Positions 57,531 to 64,000 of a stretch of DNA of 64,000 nucleotides are shown here, piece by piece (the stretch's first letter is position 1; each line of letters starts with the position of its first letter). Below the pieces are notes generated by a model. The model saw only the letters and a program-made list of their open reading frames with translations, made no database searches and was not told the origin of the DNA. This DNA is from a bacterium. Lineage in GTDB: Bacteria; RBG-13-61-14; DATKZS01. A program made the position numbers and the translations under genes. The stretch is taken from NCBI GenBank assembly GCA_963674965.2, contig CAXXFL010000001.1, forward strand, positions 224,001 through 288,000, read 5' to 3'.

Positions 57531-58306
57531 TGAAGATAGTGCCGCTTCGCGAGATCGTGGTGGTGGGCATGGGTCCGGGCCCGGTTGGCATGCTGACCGT
57601 CGAGGCCAGGGAGGCGCTTCTCGCCGAGGACGAAATATATTTCAGGATTTCGGGCCACCCCGTTTACCACTGGCTGAGAGAACTGGGCAAGCAATGCGTG
57701 AGTTTCGATTTCCTTTACGGATGCCCGGGCATGACCTACGAGAAGCTGCATATCCTTATCGTGGACAGCCTCAAGGTCGCCGCCAGAAAAAAAGGCAAGG
57801 TCGTTTACGCTTTGCCGGGGAACCCGAGAGCGTTCGAAAAAACGCCCTCCCTGCTCGAGGCGCGGGCAAAGGGAACGGCTATAAGGATAATAGGCGGCAT
57901 GAGTTTCCTCGATACCATGTTCATCGAGTTGGGGCTCGATCCCGAGATGGGTCTACAGATACTGAACGCCTCGGCCTTTGGCGTTTACGGCGATTATCCT
58001 TTTACCGAGGAACTGCCCATGCTTATCGGCCAGTTCGCGTCTCCGGGGGGACTTCGGCCGGGGGACGAGAACGGCAACGCCGCGGCCACGGTTCGGGCGC
58101 TTCTGAAAAAATTGCCCCCCACCCATGAAGTCACGCTGGTATGGTGTCCGGGTTTTCCCGATTTCGTCAATATTAAGGAAACCATGACTCTCAAGGAACT
58201 GGCGAGCCGGGTCGGCTGCGTCAAGGAACTGGCCACCCTTTACGTTCCCGCTCTGACCCCTCCCTGGGAGGCGGCCCGGAAAGTCGCCGGGACCGAGAGG
58301 TCCTGA
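57530..58306 (+). CDS. Stand-alone YabN-like tetrapyrrole-methylase domain protein (no MazG domain)
   Basis: VVGMGPG...LT, R..HP, SFDFLY, VVYALPGNP..FE, GMSFLD....LG.DP..GLQ, TLYVP. Confidence 0.8.
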   Translation: MKIVPLREIVVVGMGPGPVGMLTVEAREALLAEDEIYFRISGHPVYHWLRELGKQCVSFDFLYGCPGMTYEKLHILIVDSLKVAARKKGKVVYALPGNPRAFEKTPSLLEARAKGTAIRIIGGMSFLDTMFIELGLDPEMGLQILNASAFGVYGDYPFTEELPMLIGQFASPGGLRPGDENGNAAATVRALLKKLPPTHEVTLVWCPGFPDFVNIKETMTLKELASRVGCVKELATLYVPALTPPWEAARKVAGTERS

Positions 58307-58319
58307 AAGGAGATTACTC

Positions 58320-59117
58320 TTGAGAAGGACACGGGTCCGCCCGACGGCGACTCTATTAATCGCGTCATTTATTGTTCTTTTGACCTCGCCGGCCGGGGCC
58401 TCCCCCTGGCGGGAGGACCGGCCCATCACCGTGGGACACCGGGGCACGACTCTCCTGGCCGACGAGAACACCATGGACTCCTATAACAAGGCCTGGGAGC
58501 ATGGCCTGGACGTGATCGAGTGCGATCCGCGCCGAACGGCGGACGGCGTTTTCGTCGTCATGCACGACCCCACCGTTGACCGGACCACCGACGGAAGCGG
58601 GAAGGTATCGAGCATGACTTTCGAGGAAATCAAAAAGCTTCGCACCGAGTCGGGCCATGAAGTCCCAACACTGGAGGGGGTCCTTACTTTCGCCCGCGAA
58701 AAAGACCTGGCCGTCTACCTGGACTTGAAAGACCCGCCTCGAGACGAGAACGACAGGGACCTGGTGGACCTGATCGAAAAAACGGGGATGGCCGGCCGCG
58801 TGATCATGGGATGCTATGAACTGAAAACTCTCAAGATACTCAAGGCGCAAAATCCATCCCTTAGCGCCTGCGCGTCCTGGCCCTATCCGGCCCCCACCCT
58901 GAAGCGGGCCAAAAACCTCGGGGCCGACGCGGTGGGGACCTTGAAGGGACTGGCGAGTAAAGCCATGGTGGACAGGGCCCATAAGCTGGGTCTGAAGGTG
59001 ATCACCATGCCCATCAACGACGCCGACAAGATGGACAAGTTCCGCGCTCGAGGCCTCGACGCCATTCAGACGGACGACCCGCGCTTAATTAACGAGGAGC
59101 CGGTTCGCGGCGATTAG
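58320..59117 (+). CDS. Secreted glycerophosphodiester phosphodiesterase
   Basis: GHRG....ENT, ECD...TADG..VVMHD.TVDRTT, PTLE, IQTD.P. Confidence 0.93.
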   Translation: MRRTRVRPTATLLIASFIVLLTSPAGASPWREDRPITVGHRGTTLLADENTMDSYNKAWEHGLDVIECDPRRTADGVFVVMHDPTVDRTTDGSGKVSSMTFEEIKKLRTESGHEVPTLEGVLTFAREKDLAVYLDLKDPPRDENDRDLVDLIEKTGMAGRVIMGCYELKTLKILKAQNPSLSACASWPYPAPTLKRAKNLGADAVGTLKGLASKAMVDRAHKLGLKVITMPINDADKMDKFRARGLDAIQTDDPRLINEEPVRGD

Positions 59118-59166
59118 TTATGGCGCAAGGAGTTATAATGGTATATCTTTTAGCCTGGAGGTTTTC

Positions 59167-59751
59167 ATGCTGGGCAAGATAGCCAAAATGATCGGCGACA
59201 ACGGGGTCCTCGACCTTCTTTCCGGCAAGGTGGTGGTCACGGACGAGGTGATTAACGCCTTCGTCAACATGAAAGGACTTCCTCCCGAGGTCTCGAGCGT
59301 GGAAATCAAGTGCGGCGACGGCCACGTCACCGCCGCGGCCCGGGGAGAGTTCAAGGGCATCGAGTGGAGCTTTACGGGGGGCGCCGAGTTGAAGGGCCTT
59401 CGCGTCACGGCCGACGAGCAGGTGGTCAGGATAATGCCGCGGGGCCCGATCAAGGCGGGTACAAAGCACCAGGAGGTGATCGTGAACTTCTGGCCCGGCG
59501 AGGGCCTGATGCGCGAGTACAAGACGCTTCTCGACCTGGCCCCTCCCGAGATAGCCGGGGGCGTCATCGTCGAGGAGGACTCTATCAAGCTTCTTCTGCA
59601 CGCCATCCCCCAGTGGAAGAAGGAGTTCGATCGCATGATCGCCGAGCTTCCCCTGACCAAAAAGCTGGGAATAAATCCCCTCGATTACGTGGTGATCAAG
59701 GACCTTGTTTTCGTGCCGGGGGCGGTGAGGATCGTCGCCGGGCGCAAATAA
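59167..59751 (+). CDS. Hypothetical protein
   Basis: 194 aa, GGAGG RBS, host-like codon usage. Confidence 0.75.
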   Translation: MLGKIAKMIGDNGVLDLLSGKVVVTDEVINAFVNMKGLPPEVSSVEIKCGDGHVTAAARGEFKGIEWSFTGGAELKGLRVTADEQVVRIMPRGPIKAGTKHQEVIVNFWPGEGLMREYKTLLDLAPPEIAGGVIVEEDSIKLLLHAIPQWKKEFDRMIAELPLTKKLGINPLDYVVIKDLVFVPGAVRIVAGRK

Positions 59752-59787
59752 CCACGCGGTCCCCATTAGGCGGCCGCCGGGGAGGGC

Positions 59788-60588
59788 ATGGCCATGAAGC
59801 GTTTCCTTTTTCCATTTCTCCTGTTCGCGGTGGCGATCTTCACGCTCGGCTGCGACAATACCAAGCGAAGCTGGAACCTCTCCCGCGACGCGGCCCGCAT
59901 GTTTCACCAAGGCGACCATGAAACACTGTGCCAGCTTTATACGCCCACCATGCTCGAGCTTCTTCCGCCCGAGGTCATGGAAAGGGTCATCAGGCAAACG
60001 GCCGACGCGGTGGGCGAGCCGGTGGGCCAGTGCAAATGGCACTATACCTACCGTATAACCGAGTTCGATCCTTTCCGCTCCTTTGCCATCTATAAATGCC
60101 CCTATCAAAGGGAGAGCGTCAAGGTGACCGTGGCCGTCGAGATCGAGGACGCCGGCCCCAAGATATCGGGGCTGTGGGCCGACTCGCCCACCTTGAGGAA
60201 AACGCCCATGCTTCTCAGGGTCGTACTCTGCCGGGGCATCAACGAAAATGGCCACGTCTTCGATTCACCCCTCGAGATGGCCGACTGGGCCGAGCCCCGC
60301 CTTTACGTCTGGACCGAGTGGCAGGGCCTGAAGTCGGGCGACAAGGTGCTTTTCGACTGGCTCGGTCCGGACGGAACCGAAGTCACCTACTTCAATTACG
60401 ACGTTCCCACCGACGTCGAGCGGGTATGGAAGGTCTGGTCCTGGATCGAGCCCTCCCAGCTCGAGGTCGCGGCCCCCTCCGGAAAATGGACGGTCAAGAT
60501 TTTCCTCAACGACAAGGAGAGGGAAGCTTTCAAGTTCGACGTTATCTCCAGCGCGCCTTCTCCCGACGCGCTCAATAGCCCCGATTAA
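59788..60588 (+). CDS. Hypothetical lipoprotein
   Basis: Lipobox TLGC; C-terminal W..PDG...W......GKW.V.I..N Ig-like region. Confidence 0.75.
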   Translation: MAMKRFLFPFLLFAVAIFTLGCDNTKRSWNLSRDAARMFHQGDHETLCQLYTPTMLELLPPEVMERVIRQTADAVGEPVGQCKWHYTYRITEFDPFRSFAIYKCPYQRESVKVTVAVEIEDAGPKISGLWADSPTLRKTPMLLRVVLCRGINENGHVFDSPLEMADWAEPRLYVWTEWQGLKSGDKVLFDWLGPDGTEVTYFNYDVPTDVERVWKVWSWIEPSQLEVAAPSGKWTVKIFLNDKEREAFKFDVISSAPSPDALNSPD

Positions 60589-61529
60589 TGAAAAACACGA
60601 TCGTCGTCGTCGGCTCCTCCAACGCGGACATGGTGGTGAAGACCTCGCGGCTTCCTCGCCCGGGGGAGACGGTCCTGGGAGGGGAGTTCTTCCAGGCGCC
60701 CGGCGGCAAGGGCGCCAACCAGGCCGTAAGCGCCGCCCGCGCCGGCGGCAAGGTCGTCTTTATCGCCCGCGTTGGACGGGACGCTCTGGGAGACCGGCTG
60801 ATCGAGGGATACGAAAAAGACGGGATTAACGTTGGCCTGGTGACGCGAAGCGGGGACAAGCCCTCCGGCGTTGCCTTGATCATGGTCGGCGGCAATGGCG
60901 AAAACTCCATCGCCGTGGCGGCGGGGGCCAACTCCGAGCTCGCGCCCGAGCATATCGAAAAGGCCGGGGACGTCTTCTCGTCCGCCTTGGTCTTGCTGGT
61001 CCAGTTGGAGATACCCCTCGATACGGTCGAGACGGCCGTCCGTATGGCCGCGGAAAACGGGGCGATGGTGATACTCAATCCCGCTCCCGCCCGAGAGCTT
61101 GGCGAGGAAATTTTATCAAAGGTCGACGTTATCACTCCCAACCGATCCGAGACAAAAGCCTTGACCGGAATTGATATCGATAGCGGGCGGGACTTGCCAC
61201 GCGCCGCCGACGTTTTGATCGGCAAGGGCGTAAAGCGGGTCGTCATAACCCTGGGAGCGGAGGGGGCTTATTTAAAGGAAGCGGATTATGAAGGCCCCCT
61301 GCCCGGATACGAGGTGGAGGCGGTGGACGCGACGGCGGCCGGTGACGTTTTCAACGGCGCGCTGGCCGCGGCCCTTACGAAGGGAAAGCCTTTCAAGATG
61401 GCGGTCGAGTTCGCCAACGCGGCCGCGGCGATCTCAGTGCAAAAACTCGGCGCCCAGACGTCAATCCCCTATAAGCGGGCAATCGACGACTTTATAAAAA
61501 CGAGGGGGAAGCCCAGGATAAGCCTTTAG
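60588..61529 (+). CDS. rbsK: Ribokinase
   Basis: VVGSSNADM....LPRPGET, GGKGANQA, GENSI, QLEIP, LNPAPA, AAGDVFNG. Confidence 0.95.
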   Translation: MKNTIVVVGSSNADMVVKTSRLPRPGETVLGGEFFQAPGGKGANQAVSAARAGGKVVFIARVGRDALGDRLIEGYEKDGINVGLVTRSGDKPSGVALIMVGGNGENSIAVAAGANSELAPEHIEKAGDVFSSALVLLVQLEIPLDTVETAVRMAAENGAMVILNPAPARELGEEILSKVDVITPNRSETKALTGIDIDSGRDLPRAADVLIGKGVKRVVITLGAEGAYLKEADYEGPLPGYEVEAVDATAAGDVFNGALAAALTKGKPFKMAVEFANAAAAISVQKLGAQTSIPYKRAIDDFIKTRGKPRISL

Positions 61530-61614
61530 CCGGAAAGGTTGGAATCTGAAATTATAATCGAAGCGCTCTGAAATTGTCCCCTTATCGCTCACGCTCGATC
61601 TTTCTCTCCTATGG

Positions 61615-62331
61615 CTAATCACTTTCCCGTTCCCTGGTCATGAACAGGAGATATAGGGGCGGGTCGTCGATGGCGTGGTCGTACATGGTGCAGTGGATTC
61701 TTGTATGGGTCTTGAATCCCATGTGCTCGTAGAAGGGCACGGCCTCACGGTTGTGTGAGGTGGTGCCGAGGTGGACTCCTTTGATTCCATTGTCCTTAAG
61801 GTAGTCGAAGAGGGCGGTCATCATGGCCTTGCCCACGCCCTGGCCGCGCAGGCCGGGGTCGGCTATGTTGGTGTGAAGATGGGCGGGAAAGACGGGTAGT
61901 ATCTCGTTGTAGGGTACCTTGAATTCCCCGCGCCTCGCGCTCCCGGCGTAGGCCCGGACGAACCGCCGGTTGAGAGGGTGGCGCCACCACGAGTAGCGGA
62001 GCATGCGCGCGGCGGCCCTGGGAAGGATGGACTTGTTCCACGCGGCCATCTGTTTTTTCGTGTCCAGGCAGCCCAGGATGTATCCCTCCACTCGCCCTTC
62101 GACCTCGGCGACGAAGGCGCTTTGCGGCTCGCGGTCGGTCCAATATGAAGACCAGAGGTCGGCGAAAATTTCCCTGCCGATGAAGACGTTCTCCTGGGGC
62201 CGCCCGATAAAGCCGGTCTCCGAGCAAATCCAGCGGACCCTCTCCCGGTCGTTTGGCCGGTAAGACCTTGTCACCAGGCGCCTTCCGTCCCGGGTTTCGC
62301 TTTCCCTGTAAAGCTCCTTATGATTCATCAT
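61615..62331 (-). CDS. GNAT-family N-acetyltransferase
   Basis: GYILG, PAHLH.NI, RGQGVG, GVHLG...N..A..FY..MGF. Confidence 0.9.
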   Translation of the reverse strand: MMNHKELYRESETRDGRRLVTRSYRPNDRERVRWICSETGFIGRPQENVFIGREIFADLWSSYWTDREPQSAFVAEVEGRVEGYILGCLDTKKQMAAWNKSILPRAAARMLRYSWWRHPLNRRFVRAYAGSARRGEFKVPYNEILPVFPAHLHTNIADPGLRGQGVGKAMMTALFDYLKDNGIKGVHLGTTSHNREAVPFYEHMGFKTHTRIHCTMYDHAIDDPPLYLLFMTRERESD

Positions 62332-62357
62332 GGCGGGGAATATTATAAGGTCCTCGG

Positions 62358-63998
62358 TTAAACGTAGAGCTTCCTGAGGGCCTCGAAAAGCTCCTTGGCG
62401 TCGGCGAAGCGCTCCTCCGGCTTCTTGTTCATGCAGCGGAGTATCACCTCGTTGAGACCCGCGGGGAGGGAAGGATCGATGGACCTGGCCTCCGGCGGCG
62501 GCGTGTGAACGTGGTGATAGGAGGCGTCGCCCTTAATAAAGGGGAGCCTTCCCGTGGCCATCTCGAACATGGTCACCCCGAGGGAGTAAAGGTCGGTGCG
62601 GTGGTCGATGTTCCTTCCCAGGGTCTGCTCGGGGCTCATGTAATAGGGCGTGCCCGAGGCGATGGTCTGATATCCTTTAACTTCCTCGATGACCTTGGCC
62701 AGGCCGAAGTCCATGATCTTGACCTGCTTCTGGGGGGTCCACATAACGTTCGAGCTTTTGATATCGCGATGAACGATCCGTTTTTCATGGGCGTACTCAA
62801 GGGCGCGGCATATCTGTCCCGCGATCATGAGGACGGCCCTGACGGGCAGCTTCTTCTCCCGGTTGAGTATCTGCTTGACCGTCTCGCCCTCGATGTATTC
62901 CATGGCGATGTAATAGGCGCCGTTCTCCTCGCCCGCGTCGTAGACGGTGACGATGTTGGGATGGTTTAATCGTGCCGCGCTTTTGGCCTCGCGGAAGAAG
63001 TTCTTCAGGGCCTGGGGATGCTCGCGGAGGTTGGAGGGCAGGACCTTGAAGGCCACCGTCCTTTCGAGGATGGTATCGGTGGCCTTGTACACTATGCCCA
63101 TGCCGCCCCTTCCTATCTCCTTGTGCAGCTTGTAGCGGCCGGTCCTCGAGACCTGGGCGGCGGCGGGGCCCCCGCCTTTAGTCGGCGTTATGGACGGGCT
63201 CCGGTCCCCGCTGGGGGTCCCCGTGGCCGAGCCCGGCGCGCTGTCCGCCACGGTCTGGGCGCTTTTGATCGAGTTGAGCCGGTCGGCCACGTCCTTGTAG
63301 TGGAAGTCCAGGACGATGATCCTCTCGAAGATGCTGGCCGCCTGGGCGCTTTTGCCCATCCGCTCGGAGCAGAGCGCGAGCTGGTAGTAGTTCTCGAGGT
63401 TGTCCCTCGATATTTCCTCGTCCTTGGTCGAGCGCTTGAAGTACTCGAGGGCCAGGTCGTTCATGCCCTTTTCCCGGAAAATCTGGCCCAGGAGCAGCGA
63501 GGCGGCGGCGTATTGAGGGTCGTCGAACTCGACCTGCTGGAGGGCGTGAATGGCCTTGTCCAGAAGTCCCCGCTCGAAGTAGTTGGTGCCGGCCGCGATA
63601 TAGTCGCCGGACTTCTCGAGGGCCTCGGCCTGTCCGCCCAGGTCGCCGGCGCGGGCGTAGAAGTTGGCGGCCGTCGAGTATTCCCCCCCCGCCATCGAGG
63701 CCTTGGCCGCCCGGGCGTAGTCCCGGGACTTCTCGAAGCACTTCGAGGCGTCGGCGAACATTCCGGCCCTCTCGTAGCTCTCCCCCGCCTGGTTCCACTC
63801 CTCGAACTCGCGGTGAATCTCGCCCGCCTTGTCGTGCCTTCCGGCTTTTTTCAGGTAAGGGAGGGCCTCCTTGCGATGGCCCAGATCAAGGTAGTAATCG
63901 GCGCGCAGCTCGGCTCCCTGGATATCCTCTCCGGCCTTCTCGTAGCAGGAGGCCGCCTTTAAAAGCCATCCCGCCTCGATGTATGCCAGGGCCGCCTC
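62358..63998 (-). CDS. TPR-repeat Hanks-type Ser/Thr protein kinase, 5'-partial
   Basis: Frame open to the window end; repeated AA..YE.AG units; GRGGMG, VAFK, HRDIKSSN, DFGLA, GTPYYMSPE. Confidence 0.94.
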   Translation of the reverse strand, partial: EAALAYIEAGWLLKAASCYEKAGEDIQGAELRADYYLDLGHRKEALPYLKKAGRHDKAGEIHREFEEWNQAGESYERAGMFADASKCFEKSRDYARAAKASMAGGEYSTAANFYARAGDLGGQAEALEKSGDYIAAGTNYFERGLLDKAIHALQQVEFDDPQYAAASLLLGQIFREKGMNDLALEYFKRSTKDEEISRDNLENYYQLALCSERMGKSAQAASIFERIIVLDFHYKDVADRLNSIKSAQTVADSAPGSATGTPSGDRSPSITPTKGGGPAAAQVSRTGRYKLHKEIGRGGMGIVYKATDTILERTVAFKVLPSNLREHPQALKNFFREAKSAARLNHPNIVTVYDAGEENGAYYIAMEYIEGETVKQILNREKKLPVRAVLMIAGQICRALEYAHEKRIVHRDIKSSNVMWTPQKQVKIMDFGLAKVIEEVKGYQTIASGTPYYMSPEQTLGRNIDHRTDLYSLGVTMFEMATGRLPFIKGDASYHHVHTPPPEARSIDPSLPAGLNEVILRCMNKKPEERFADAKELFEALRKLYV

Positions 63999-64000
63999 CT

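Noticed and set aside
1-64000. CRISPR array, cas genes, rRNA or intact prophage
   Set aside because: No regularly spaced repeats or such genes were seen.

Overview
GC-rich bacterial chromosome segment. Gene content (RomY-like protein before ftsEX-envC, PilT paralogs, sigma54 signalling, TPR-Ser/Thr kinase, Sec/Tat polyferredoxin) suggests a deltaproteobacterial lineage (Myxococcota/Desulfobacterota-like; inference). 1-29.7 kb: tandem membrane-protein paralogs, a GT-C/GT2/GT2/YfhO glycosylation cluster, acyl-CoA synthetase, a secreted YihQ-like GH31, two non-canonical PilT ATPases, PhzF, and a kinase/sigma54-activator pair followed by a clear -24/-12 promoter and a CheA-less receiver-GAF-CheY-HEAT-Com module. 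It also holds an SDR, a Tat double metallophosphoesterase and a DUF1624-like protein. tRNA-Leu(CAA) at 29881-29967 is followed by a ~16 kb mosaic accessory region. It contains a GntR-regulated corrinoid methyltransferase cassette with a secreted CrtC/Svf1-like protein, GxGYxYP, DUF2314, esterase and GH27 genes, and IS4/integrase/PAPS-reductase/IS481 debris, and ends at an inverted REP-like pair. 45.9-64 kb: polyferredoxin, DUF362, envC-ftsX-ftsE-romY, a GH106-PfkB-YabN(N)-GDPD-RbsK run, a GNAT and a partial TPR kinase. Best candidates for novelty: the corrinoid/lipocalin cassette, the sigma54 CheA-less module, and a strong excess of the palindrome CTCGAG in host-like DNA. All family calls come from motif recognition by eye; no searches were run.
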